A DNA stretch of 38,052 nt from the NCBI RefSeq assembly GCF_004010195.1, contig NC_057718.1:9091664-9129715 (forward strand). Direction: 5' to 3'. Of the stretch, positions 21,966 to 33,330 are shown piece after piece; position 1 is the stretch's first letter, and each line of letters begins with the position of its first letter. The DNA comes from Chiloscyllium plagiosum. Lineage: Eukaryota. Below the pieces are notes generated by a model, which made no database searches, had not been told where the DNA came from, and saw nothing but the letters and a program-made list of their open reading frames with translations. Position numbers and translations under genes: made by a program.

Positions 21966-22788
21966 TTCTATTTGGAATCCACATCTTAATATGATTCAGT
22001 ACCTCCAGGGGCACTAGAATAGACAGGGGTTAAAAAACAAAAACAGGTTTTTCAGAGAAAAGAAGAAACAAGTTACTACGGTGTCATTTTTCCTCCTTGT
22101 TACCTTTTAAAATTTGATCTGTTTGTTGGCACTGCTACTGTGATTATTTAGATTGCAAAACACCAACACAGAGCAAAAGCTCAGAAACCATGGAAACCGG
22201 CCTACTGCTTTTAGGTTCCAGTTAGCTAGAGCCCTCAGCTTGGCCGAGCTGTACCTGTCAAGGAAACTAGTTTCTCCTTGTGCTAATTGTTGCACGTACC
22301 GAGTGATTTTTTTTTCTCTCTCCTCTCGCTGTGTGATTTATTAAATCACAATTAGAATGTCATTAATATCTGCTCACTGATTAACAAAATGCCTTACCAA
22401 ACAGCTGCTTTAATTAAATCAAACAATTACCATTTAAATATTCCAAAATAATCTTGATGAACATCCTTTTTACCCAGACTAATGAAATATGTCCTTGAGA
22501 TGACATCGGTGGCAGATACACAATCAGTTTTATTCTTCATTCCCGAGACAATGTGTGAATCATTTACATGAGTTCCCATGGACAGCTATCAGAGTTCATA
22601 CTGCAAATCATACCCAACGTTTTGCTTCCTCATCTGAAAGTACTGACTGATGTCAGGTTATGTTTCCAGGGGACACTTCACCCGCCCAACGTCCAATGCC
22701 GACAAATACCATTGTTCATGTGGAACCCTGGGCATTAAGTTAAAAATCACACAACACCAGGTTATAGTCCAACAGGTTTATTTGGAAG

Positions 22789-22823
22789 CACTAGCTTTCG
22801 GAGTGCTGCCCCTTCATCAGGTG
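22789..22823 (-). ncRNA. Minimal type-I hammerhead ribozyme motif
   Basis: CAC-CUGAUGA-A-GGGG cagca CUCC-GAA-AGCU-A-GUG. Confidence 0.65.
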
Positions 22824-22844
22824 ATTGTGGAATTACTCCACAAC

Positions 22845-22879
22845 TACCTGATGAAGGAGCAGTGCTCCGAAAGCTAGTG
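22845..22879 (+). ncRNA. Minimal type-I hammerhead ribozyme motif
   Basis: UAC-CUGAUGA-A-GGAGC agu GCUCC-GAA-AGCU-A-GUG. Confidence 0.7.
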
Positions 22880-23009
22880 CTTCCAAATAAACCTGTTGGA
22901 CTATAACTTGGTGTTGTGCGATTTTTAACTTTGTACACCCAAGTCCAAAACCAGCACCTCCAAATCCTGGGCATGAAGAGTTAGTTATTTAAGTGTGTCG
23001 CATCTTTGG

Positions 23010-23215
23010 TGATTTAGGTCCTGCGTTTTGGAATTTGTTCCTAAACCACTGCCTCACTTTCCTTTGTTACAATCCCTCTTGAATCCTAACTGTTTGACCA
23101 AGATTTTAGGTAGCAAGCCTAAGGTCTTTAATGTCTTATTTTTCTGTCTGTTGGTGATCCTGTGTTAGAACAACCCTAGCATATAGCATTGCCACATTAT
23201 AAAAGAGATGTACAG
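23010..23215 (+). mobile_element. L2 3' end remnant
   Basis: ttggaatttgttcctaaacc...tttgaccaagatttt... Confidence 0.5.
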
Positions 23216-23229
23216 TTATGGGTGCAGAG

Positions 23230-23660
23230 AAAATTTAAAATTTTGGAAGATTTGTTGATGGGGTTAATACAGGTAATTCTTCTGTAACTTAATGGTTGCG
23301 TTCTAATGCAACCCTGTGTTATAGAAAAATCGCGCTTGAGAAACAGTACTTAAAGTGTTAGCGATATGATCGTTTTACAGCCAGCACACGTTTTAAAAGT
23401 TCACGCTTTAGAAACAATGTCTCCAATTCATCAATTGCGAATTAATGAATTAATGAAACGTGTGTTATATCTGAACGGCCTGGAGAGAGAATGCTTCCAA
23501 CTGTGAGGGAGAGTTTAACTAGGAGCATCAATACAGGACAATCACCAAGAAATCCAAGAAGAAACTTCTTAACCTAAAGTGTGGTGTTGAGGCTCAGGTT
23601 GAGCACAAATGCTAGCATGGCATGGCTGGGCCGAATGGTCCGTTTCTGCATCACATTGTT
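23230..23660 (+). mobile_element. Old CR1 3' fragment split by a MITE
   Basis: gatggggttaata | gagagagaatgcttcc...ctgggccgaatggtccgtttctg. Confidence 0.6.
23270..23482. mobile_element. Tc1/mariner (pogo/Tigger-like) MITE
   Basis: TA|CAGGTAATTCTTCTGTAAC ... GTTATATCTGAACGGCCTG imperfect TIRs; left TA intact, right reads GA. Confidence 0.6.
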
Positions 23661-23786
23661 GTTGGGGGGCAAGTTTGTGATCAGGAGCAGGCTGTTTTCA
23701 TGCAGTGCATTAATGAGACATGTATAGGTCACCTCAACTCTGAGGAGGCCATTTACTGACTGACTGAGGCGTTGCACGAGCAATGT

Positions 23787-23945
23787 CACTGTTATTCAAA
23801 GAGAAGTGGAGGAAGAGCATCCGGGAAGGCGTCAAGAACCTCGAGACTAGCCGTTGGGAAAATAGCAGAGTTCCGGCGAAAGGCGTGTGCTGTCACACCA
23901 ACGCCCCACCCACCCCTTCCCATGACCACCTTCTGAGGAGTGCAG
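23787..23945 (+). mobile_element. RTE-clade LINE 3' fragment
   Basis: KWRKSIREGVKNLE...PPTPSH.. typical of the RTE ORF C-terminus. Confidence 0.55.
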
Positions 23946-23974
23946 TAGACATGGGTCAGGTCGCGATACAGCTT

Positions 23975-24248
23975 ACAACCTCACCTTTTTTTTTAATATA
24001 CTGATAAAACCTTGAGTTATCTCAGGGCTGTGACTTGAAAGAAGTTCTGGGATTTACATATTAATAAATTAAAACCTGCAACCCCATTCTAAGTGATTAA
24101 AGACTTAACAGCAATCTAGGCTTGTTCAATACATCGCATCATTTGTACGACACTATGATCTTTCGCCATACATTCCATGCCCTGTGATCCTGCCCCACTA
24201 GCTACCTGATGAAGGAGCAGCACTCTGAAAGCTTGTACTTCCAGATAA
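23975..24248 (+). mobile_element. Penelope family A pLTR arm with a hammerhead at 24203-24237
   Basis: Reverse complement of 25013-25250; UAC-CUGAUGA-A-GGAG cagca CUCU-GAA-AGCU-U-GUA. Confidence 0.8.
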
Positions 24249-24924
24249 GTGCTAACTACTGAGCCACTGTGCCTCCCTAACTTGATACTAAGTTGTCAGT
24301 CATGCTCAGAGACAGGGTCATGTAGAAAGCAGTTACTCATTAAGGAATTGTTTCTGATCTTGCTACACGACACAATCCTAACTCAAGCAAACCTTGAAAG
24401 GAAAAGGGGCGATTCATTAAAAGCCCTCAATATGATACTAATTAACAGGCCAGAAATGGAGAGTATGAAAACCCTTTTAAGAGAAAGAGGGGAAAAAAAT
24501 AAGACTGTATGCTACACTTTAATTTTGTTCCTATCTAAACAGCCTTCTTGAAATCTATCTTGATTGACCTACTGTGGCATTGCTCACAGTTAACATAACA
24601 GCGTTACGTAATGAAAAGATAATAAAGGAAAGGACCTTTAAGTAAGTATAGGATTACTAGAGCACATGCAACCTGAACCCAGATATCGACAAAAAGAAAA
24701 TTGAACAATCATACATATTGATAATTGATTACTTCACCTTAGTTCATATTTATTGTTCAATAGAGGATGAAAATTACTTTTCAATAGAGAATGAAAAGTA
24801 TTGTTCAATAATGAGCTATTGGAAAGTAAATGAAAAAAAAAACAAAGTTGAAAAAGGATAAAACCCCAGGTCCAAATGGTATGCAGCCGCATTGTGGTCA
24901 TGTACTCTGTGTGTTAATGTACTG

Positions 24925-25632
24925 TGATTTGGAGGAAGCGGTATTGGACTGAGGTGGACAAAGTTAAAAATCACACAACACCAGGTTATAGTCCAACAGG
25001 TTTATTTGGAAGCACTAGCTTTCAAAGCGCTGCTCCTTCATCAGGTGATTGTGAAGTAGGTCCATAAGACATAGAATTTATAGCAAAAGGTTACAGAGTC
25101 ATGCGGCTGAAATGACATATTGAACAAACCTAGATTAAGTCATTCATCTTTCAGAATGGGTTTGCTAGTTTTGGTTCTTTAATAGGTAAATCCTAGAACT
25201 TCTTTTAAATGACATTCTCAAGATAACTTAAGGTTTTGTAATAAAAGGTGTCATCTCAGCTCAGATAATGCATTAAAGGCTTGAGGTTAAAGTCTGTCTG
25301 TATCCCAGTCTTGAGTCAGACTGGTTCTATTGCTAAAGTGGGATTTACAAAATCTTACATGGACTGACTGCCTGCAGGTTATGCATTTTTTGAGCAAAAT
25401 AGAATGTATGTGCAAATATTTTCTGCAAAATTTTTGCATTTTATCATTCTAAAAGATGAAAGACTTAACAATCTAGGTTTGTTCAATGTATCATTGCATC
25501 ATTGTAATTGTTTGCTATAAATTCTGTGTCTTATGATCCTGTCCACAGCCACCTGATGAAGAAGCAGCGTTCTGAAAGCTAGTGCTTCCAAATAAACCTG
25601 TTGGATTATAACCTGGTGTTGTGTGATTTTTA
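24925..25632. mobile_element. Large asymmetric inverted Penelope pLTR pair (family A); hammerheads at 25013-25047 (-) and 25550-25584 (+)
   Basis: About 500-bp left arm and 190-bp inverted right arm. Confidence 0.85.
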
Positions 25633-25678
25633 ATGATGAGGGAGATCAGACTTGGAGGAGGTGCATGTAGAATGCAGC

Positions 25679-25817
25679 AGAACTGAGGAAGGGTTGCTGG
25701 ATTGAAACATTAACTTTGATTCCTCTTCACAGATGCTGCCAGACCGGCTGAGCTTTTCCAGCAACTTCTGTTTTTATTTCTGATTCACATCATTTGCAGT
25801 TCTGTCGGTTTTTATTC
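25679..25817 (+). mobile_element. Penelope terminus family C inserted in a CR1 tail
   Basis: ctgaggaagggttgctggattgaaacattaact...; TSD agaatgcagc (25669-25678, 25818-25827). Confidence 0.75.
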
Positions 25818-26159
25818 AGAATGCAGCCGACTTTTGTTGGGCCGAATGGACTGCATATTCCACAGGGCTGCGACCAGAACAGGGTGGTGCAGTTGGACAG
25901 GAAGAGGGAGCTTGAGTTTAATGTAGTTTGTGCCTTCAATCCGTAGACAGGTGCTCCCTGCGTGGAAACTGATCTAATCAGACCCATGCTGGGGGTCTAT
26001 TACAGGCTAATGATTGCAGGAGGCTCCAGTAGATGGGAGCTCATTAAACCTTCACACCTGCCTGAGCAGAGAGACCAGGATATCCGGCCAGCTATGGCAG
26101 CACAAAAAGGCATTTAGCACATTAAAAATGCAACATTTCAGCTTTGATACCAGAAGTGA

Positions 26160-26310
26160 GTCTACCTAATTTATCTATCTATCTACAACTCTGTCCATCA
26201 TCTATCTTCCTCTAACACTCACTCTATCACTATTGATCATTTTATCCCTCTCTGTCTCTGTGTACCACTCTATCCATCTGTCACGCTGTCTTTCTCTCAT
26301 CTATTGTACT
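26160..26310. repeat. Degenerate (TCTA)/(TC)-rich simple repeat
   Basis: tatctatctatctac...ctctctgtctctg. Confidence 0.7.
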
Positions 26311-27362
26311 TACAGATATAAAGAGACTGATTCAGTTTGAAGTTAAATTGTGTCTGTCATCACAAAATGCGCAATCTGTTTTCTTTTCACACACAGGATC
26401 TGGGAAACTGTTCTGTATTTGCCTGAGTCATAGCTACGCCAGCATTGTTCTTTCTCATACACACCATACTGTGACTGCAGCCTGAGGCTAAAAGAGACTA
26501 AATGGGACAGTGGGCAGACAAATTATGTCCTAATTTAGCTTCCAGAAGACAAAAGGTACAGCAATGCTTTGGTTATGTTTTTTAGTCTCGTAATCTATAA
26601 TCCACAGAATGAGTTCAATCCCACTATTGGCAGGTTCAGAGATTAAAAAGTCTCAAGATGAAAAGCCAGTACCAGCAGGTGTGTCTGTCCATGATAGTAT
26701 TAAGAGGAGTCGCCCACCATTTAGTCCCTAATGCAATCAATACCCATATTTATACAGAGAGCGGTCCATTGTGTTCTGTAGCACAACCATTCTGCTAAAT
26801 GGGATTGATTTCGATCTGATCTAGCCACTCACGGATGACACCTACAAACTGCTACAGGCCACTGAAAACTGAATCCTAACATCCATCACTCCTCCATCAG
26901 TCTCAACCACATGACTCATAGCTTCAGAGAATTACAAGAAGAGGCCATTCACTCTATCCAGTTCCTGGTATCTCTCTGTATGAGCTGTCCCATTCTTTCA
27001 CGCTCTCCATGAAGACTTGCAATTTTTTGTTCTTTCATGTGTGGTCTTCCAATTTCTTTTTGAAAGCTACAGTTGAACCCTCCAGGAACACTCACTCAGG
27101 TAGCAGTCTTCAGCTCTCCCTGAACATAGAATGATGTCGACTCAGGGGCATCAGTTTCAGCAGAAGGTGTTTGAGTGACAGAACAGACTGATTCTCCACT
27201 TGCCGATCTTTGGGTACAAGGGGAAGGAACATCCCATGGGATAATCGGATCTGGGATTTGCTTCCTTTCCCGTCCCTCTCTGTTGCTGCTCTGCCTCATC
27301 GCTAAGATGCTGGGACTCAAACGACGATGCAACTTGATGGATACATTGCTGAGCTAGTCACT

Positions 27363-27570
27363 AAAATAAAACAAAAAACTGTGCATACTGGAGATCTAAA
27401 ACAAAAACAGAAATTGTTGGAGAAGCTCAACAGGTCTGGCAGCATCTATGGAGAGAGAAACAGAGTTAACATTTCAAATCCAGAGACCCTTCTTCATCAG
27501 AAACATTGACTCTGTTTTCTTCCCACACATGTTGCCAGACCTGCTGAGTTTTGCCAGTAATTCTTCCTCC
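27363..27570. mobile_element. Penelope-terminus hairpin (family C)
   Basis: caggtctggcagcatct...cagagttaacatttc / gaaacattgactctg...tgttgccagacctg. Confidence 0.75.
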
Positions 27571-27869
27571 CTGTCACTGATGTCCATGCAGCTAGACTTC
27601 TGAGGGAGATTCAAACAGTCTTTGTAGAGTTTTCTTCAAACACACTGGATATTGGAGCGTTGATAAACAGGATTGGGGTGGGGGAGTATAGAAAGAGACA
27701 CTTGGCGAATGCATTCAGATATCAGCACGATCAGGTGAGCATACTCTCAGTGGAATGCTAATGGAGCTGGCTTCAAGACAGACACTGAGATTTGCTCAGT
27801 AGTCCTTCCAGTCAATCTAGAGAAGATGGCAGAGGCTTGCTAGCAAAATGCATCTTCTGTCTCACACAG

Positions 27870-28535
27870 TCACTGCCCCCCTACACATTAACAGCACAGA
27901 GGTGGAACGGGTGGAGAGTGTCAAGCTCCTGGGAGTGGTCATCCACAACAAGCTTTCTTGGACTCTTCATGTGGATGCACTGGTTACAAAGACCCAACAA
28001 TGTCTCTTTTCTTCAGGCAGCTGAGGAAATTTGGCATGACGGTGAATACCCTTGCCAACTTTTATACGTGCACCATCAAGAGCATTCTGTCTGGATGTAT
28101 CACTGCCTGGTATGGCAACTGTTCAAGATCGGAGATGGTCACAGAGAGTGGTAAACTCGGCCTGGCCAATCACAAAGGCCAACTTCCCATTTATAGAATC
28201 CATCTACCAGGCCCACTGTCAAGGAAAGGCCGCCAGCATTCTCAAAGATCCATCCCACCCTGGCAATGTTTTTCTACAACCTCTACCATCGGGGAGAAGG
28301 TACAGAAGCCTGAACACACGCACCGGCCGGTTTTGAAACAGTTTCTACCCTACTGTTGTTAGAATACTGAATGGATTCACAAACTCTTAACAATCGCCTG
28401 TACCTGTGTTTTGTTTTTGGCGCTGTTTACCTATTATTTACTATCTATGCTACTTAACTCTGTGATCTGCCTGTATTACTCGCAAGACAAAGCTTTTCAC
28501 TGTGCCTCAGTACATGTGACTATAAATTCAATTCA
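27870..28535 (+). mobile_element. Rex1/Babar-clade LINE 3' fragment
   Basis: RQLRKFG..LANFYTCTIKSILSGCITAWYGNCS; ILKDPSHPG..LQPLPSGRRYRS; tail tgtgactataaattcaattca. Confidence 0.8.
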
Positions 28536-28771
28536 GGAATGAGCTACTGTTGCTGATCCTAGTGTTAGATTGCCCTCATTAGTGAAATAGGGAGCTGCCA
28601 ATGTATCTTGGCACTGCTCAATGTTCAGCTTTTTTGGAAGAGTCTTTCCTTCAAAATCACTGGGAGGTGAAATATTTCACGGGAGCTTCTCAATCATAAC
28701 CACTTCCTGTGAATTTTTGCCTCATATCATGTTTGGTTCGTCAGTCAATTGGCACCTGGGGGAAGCTACAA

Positions 28772-29580
28772 CACAAAGGGAGTTTAATTTAGATAAACGT
28801 TAGGTGCTGCATTTTGGGAAAGCAAATCTTAGCAGGACTTATACACTTAATCATAAGGTCCTAGGGAGTGTTGTTGAACAAAGAGACCTTGGAGTGCAGG
28901 TTCATAGCTCCTTGAAAGTGGAGTCGCATGGTAATAGGATAGTGAAGAAGGCATTTGGTATGTTTTCCTTTCTCAGTCAGGGTATTGAGTACAAGAGTTG
29001 GGAGGGCATTGGCTAGGCCACTGTTGGAATATTGCATGCAGTTCTGGTATCCTTCTTATCGGAAAGATGTTTTGAAACTTGAAAGAATTCAGAAAAGATT
29101 TACAAGGATGTTGCCAGGGTTGGAGAATTTGAGCTCTGGGGAGAGGTTGAATAGGCTGAGGCTGTTTTCCCTGGAGCGTTGGAGGCTGAGGGGTGACCTT
29201 ATAGAGGTTTATAAAATCATGAGGGGCATGGATAGGATAAATAGACAAAGTATTTTCCCTGGGAGAGGGAGTCCAGAACTAGCAGGCATAGGTTTAGGGC
29301 GAGAAGGGAAAGATATAAAAGAGACCTAAGGGGCAACGTTTTCACACAGAGTGTGGTGCATATGTGGAATGAGCTGCCAGAGGAAGTGGTGGAGGCTAGT
29401 ACAATTACAGCATTTAGAAGGCATCTGAATGGGCATATGAATAGAAAGGGTTTGGAGGGATATGGGTCGGGTGCTGGCAAGTGGGACAAGATTGGGTTGG
29501 GATATCTGGTTAGCATGGACGGGTTGGACCAAAGGGTCTGTTTCCATGCTGTACATCTCTATGATTCTATGACTCTATGA
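28772..29580 (+). mobile_element. CR1/HER1-like LINE 3' fragment
   Basis: RDLGVQVHSSLKV, LEYCMQFWYPSYRKD, WNELPEEVV; (ctatga)n tail. Confidence 0.93.
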
Positions 29581-29882
29581 TTGTGCATGCCCAATGGATG
29601 CAGTAGATGGACACCAACCAAGTGCCCCCTTCTCGATGAATGAGATGAAACAGTGCACTTCCAGTAGTGAATGCTGTTGGATTATTCGATGCCTAATTGA
29701 ACCAGGAAGCTCCATGGTCAACCCTGTTCATAATTGTCCAGCTGAAAGACAAGGCTGGAACATCTACACTAATCTTCAACCAGAAATGCTGAGTGGATGA
29801 CCTATCCTGATCTCCCCTGACAACAGCCACTGGCACAAATGTCAGTCTTTGGTCATTTTTGAACCACTCCACATGTGGGAAT

Positions 29883-30705
29883 TGTGACGAACTGTGGCCT
29901 TAAGAAATGTATTTTGTTCTTTTCTTTTAAAAGAGATATTGAACAAAAGGCGACAAGCAATCTATAAGAAAGTAAGCAGCTTGTGAGGCCTTGGAGGTGT
30001 TTTAAAAGTTGGAACAATAGGAGCAGCCTGACTGGGTGTGGTTGAGCTCCCAAATAACCAAGGTTTTTGGTTAGCTTTGAGCTGTTGAGGTCTGGAAGAA
30101 GTGAAAGCTATTTTGTGCTCTCTCAGTTCCATCCAAAAGTTGAGGATTCTCTGCCTGTTAAGAGAGTTTCATGTCAGACAATCTGTGTCTAAATTTGCCT
30201 TTTGCCGGGAGTGTGTTTTTGGGACATTAATATTGGAACGTTTAATCAGTATTTTGTGACTGTATCTATTATGCTGTCAAGTTTTCTAATAGAGTTAAGT
30301 TGTTTCAATCCCTTCTTTCTTTGGTTAGTGTTTTTACTATAGTGGACAAAGTGTGTTTTACTTTAAATCTGGTAGTTTGACCAATTGAATTGCATCTGGA
30401 ACACAACACATTACAGAATGCTCTGCCCCAGAAGGCAGTGGAGGCCCAGTCTCTGGATTCATTTAAGAAAGAGTTGGATAGAGCTCTCAAGGACAGCGGA
30501 ATCAAGGGTTATGGAAATAAGGCAGGAACAGGATACTGATTGAGGATGATCGCCATGATCATATTGAATGGTGATGCAGGCTCGAAGGGCAGAAAGACCT
30601 ACTCCTGCACCTATTGTCTATTGTCTATTTACCTTTAAAATAAGAAACTTTAGGGTCTAGACTATCTTCTGGATATTTTGAGGAGGTTTGGTCTGGTCCA
30701 TAGCA
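29883..30705 (+). mobile_element. Solo LTR carrying a CR1 3' insertion
   Basis: Termini TGTGACG...CATAGCA, flanked by gaat/gagt (4-bp TSD with 1 mismatch). Confidence 0.7.
30415..30629 (+). mobile_element. Young CR1 3' end nested in the solo LTR
   Basis: gaatgctctgccccagaaggcagtggagg...(ctattgt)n. Confidence 0.85.
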
Positions 30706-30739
30706 GAGTGGGAAGTTGAGTTTCAGGCTAGGCCAGACA

Positions 30740-30843
30740 GGAGAACTGAAACAGAAGTTGCTGGAAAAGCTCAGTGGGTCTGGCAGCACCTGTGAAGAGT
30801 GAACAGAGTTAATGTTTCGGGTGTAATGACCCTTGCTCAGAAA
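30740..30843 (-). mobile_element. Penelope terminus family C, degenerate hammerhead
   Basis: cagaagttgctggaaaagctcag...agttaatgtttcgggtgtaatgacccttgctcagaa. Confidence 0.7.
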
Positions 30844-31418
30844 GGAGGGTATTGACTAAAACCAAACCTATCACATGACACCATTTCCCATCCGAAATAC
30901 CTGTCACCTTCACACCCATCTTCGCTGGTTTATGTCTTGGTTCCCAATTTTCAACTGCAAAGAAGTAAAAATCATCATTAACAGGCTTTTCATGCTTTCT
31001 TTGCATTTATGTTAAGGTCGGTTTAACGAGCAGGACCAGCATTTATTGGCCATCCCTAACTGCCCTTGAAGTGGTGGTGGTGGTGGTTCCAACCTTGAAT
31101 AAGGCTGAGTGTCTCGCAAGGCCACTCCAGAAATCCGTTCCGATTAAGTGGGTCTTTCTCTTTATGTATTTTATCACGGGGTGTGGACATCGCTGACAAG
31201 GCCACAGTTTGCGGCCCAGTTGCCCTTGAACTGGGCGGCTTGCAGAACTATTGCAGAATTAACACTCAGACGTGTTGCCGGGGTTTGGGAGCACACTGAC
31301 AAAAAAAGGGCAGACTTACTTCCCTAAAAGGAGACGTCATGTGCAGGTGTTGGACTGGGATGGGCAAAGTCAGAAGTCACACAACACCAGGTTATAGTCC
31401 GGCAGGTTTATTGGAAAT

Positions 31419-31453
31419 CACAAGCTTTCGGAGCGCTGCTCCTTCATCAGGTG
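31419..31453 (-). ncRNA. Minimal type-I hammerhead ribozyme motif
   Basis: CAC-CUGAUGA-A-GGAGC agc GCUCC-GAA-AGCU-U-GUG. Confidence 0.72.
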
Positions 31454-31563
31454 CAGTGTGAGAGGGCATATCAGCATGGAGTTTTAGGTTTGTTCATTCC
31501 ACTTACATCCATTGTATGATCCCGCTGCCTATAAACTCTGCATCGGTGTGCCTTCTCTCACTG

Positions 31564-31598
31564 TACCTGATGAAGGAGCAGCGCTCCGAAAGCTTGTG
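31564..31598 (+). ncRNA. Minimal type-I hammerhead ribozyme motif
   Basis: UAC-CUGAUGA-A-GGAGC agc GCUCC-GAA-AGCU-U-GUG. Confidence 0.72.
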
Positions 31599-31721
31599 AT
31601 TTCCAATAAACCTGTTAGACTATAACCCGGTGTCATGTGATTTTTCACTTTCTGTAAAAGGAGAAGGTAAACCAGAGGAATTTGCATGACAATCCAGTAC
31701 GTTCAGAGCCACTATCATTGT

Positions 31722-32030
31722 TTAGATTAGATTACTTACAGTGTGGAAACAGGCCCTTCGGCCCAACAAGTCCACACTGACCCGCTGAAGAGCAACCCAC
31801 CCAGACCCACTCCCCTACACCTAACACTACGGGCAATTTAGCATGGCCAATTCACCTAACCTGCACATTTTTTTGGACTGTGGGAGGAAACCAGAGCATC
31901 CGGAGGAAACACATGCAGACACAGGGAGAATGTGCACACTCCACACAGACAGTTACCTGAGGTGGGAATTGAACCCAGGTCTCTGGCACTGTAAGGCAGC
32001 AGTGCTAACCACTGTGCCATCGTGCCACCC
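31722..32030 (-). mobile_element. HE1-type V-SINE, full length
   Basis: tRNA head, V-domain and (tctaa)n tail. Confidence 0.9.
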
Positions 32031-32324
32031 AAATTATTCCAAATCTATTTACTCAATAGTATTCAAATTCCTCAACCACCATGATGAGATCACCGGGCCT
32101 GGAACAAAAGTACTCTCGACCACTGTTCCTTCTAACGTGCGTTTCCCAACATTGTCCCACCTCACCCCACTGTTCGGGGAAAGCCCTCAGAGGCAAGGCA
32201 TTTACTAAACATTTCGGAGACAGCATTTGCAACTGAAAGGCAGAAAGAACAGGATGGGATCTGCACCATTTGAAACTCAGTAGTGGGTTAAGCCGATTGC
32301 CAAAGCTGTGCCCAGTCTCAGTCA

Positions 32325-32442
32325 GTGCTTTTGTGGCACAGTGGTAGTGTCCCTACCTTTGGATCGGGTGGTGCTGGTTTCAGTTCCCACCTCCTCTGGA
32401 GGTGTGTCGTGACATCTCTGAACAGGTTGCTGAGAAAATATC
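32325..32442 (+). mobile_element. Short tRNA-derived SINE family D
   Basis: tgtggcacagtggtagtgtccctacc...gaggtgtgtc...tgaacaggttg. Confidence 0.6.
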
Positions 32443-33330
32443 TGGGAAGAGAGTTGTAGTCTTTGGGAAGCCACATTAGTGATGGGTCTGATGAAGCAGT
32501 GGATTATTTTTCTCTAATTTTCAGATGGGAGGAAGTTTTGACTCAAACCAGGAAAGACGGCCTCAGCAGTACATTTGAAAATGGATCAGTGTCACCGATC
32601 CCCTTTGGGGATGGACATCGATGGGCACAGACAGAGCTGTGCCATTCAGATGGAAGAATGGATAAGAATGGGTGTCAGAAATCTGATTGTGATTTCTCAG
32701 GCGATGCTGGAGAAAACTGTGTTTTAAGACAAGACATTTCTGGAGATGAACTGGCTTCCCAGCAACTGCCGTCAGTGACAAGGGGCAAGGGGATGCTGGA
32801 GGAGGGGAGTGCTGTCCTCGCTAAACACCCCACTGAGATCTGAGACGGTGGGAGGGAATAATGCGTTGTTTTCTCATTCTGTGAACCCCAGTCCTACAGC
32901 AATTGGAATCATCCAGCTCAGTGCTTGTGGAAAAATGGGAGTTCCCTGTTGTTCCAAATTCTGGCCAATACACTCACCAGCCGACCCACCGGAGGAGCTG
33001 ATTGCAAACAAACGTTTGAAATTTATGAGGCTGGTCCTTTGCCAGTGTAAATAGTGCAGCAAATTCATTAATTAATGGCAAAAAGGGCACACTGACCTTG
33101 CACGAAGGTATAGAGAGAAACAACATGTTCCTTTTCTTTCTACTTATTGCACTTCTGCGTCAGCTACTGAAGACCATTTCTCTTCAGTGTTGGTGGCCCT
33201 GCACCTTTCGTAATGAGAGATCGATTCACAATGACCCTTCGCTTTTGAGTGTGAAAGTTTGTAACTGAATGGCACAAACACTGCACTCATTATCCAGCAC
33301 TCCACTCCCTTTGAATGTTCAAAACAAGGA

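Larger units (their letters stand above)
22737..22965. mobile_element. Penelope-terminus hairpin (family A) with back-to-back hammerheads
   Basis: 95-bp arms 22737-22831/22837-22931, loop attac, 34-nt tail, TSD cctgggcat (22727-22735, 22966-22974). Confidence 0.9.
31335..31654. mobile_element. Penelope-terminus inverted element (family A) with two intact hammerheads
   Basis: Inverted arms; TSD taaaaggaga (31325-31334, 31655-31664). Confidence 0.88.
31035..31715 (-). mobile_element. Two degenerate SINE family B pieces, the second split by a hairpin
   Basis: ccagcatttattggccatccctaactgccc; ggcagacttacttccctaaaagga | aaaccaga. Confidence 0.6.
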
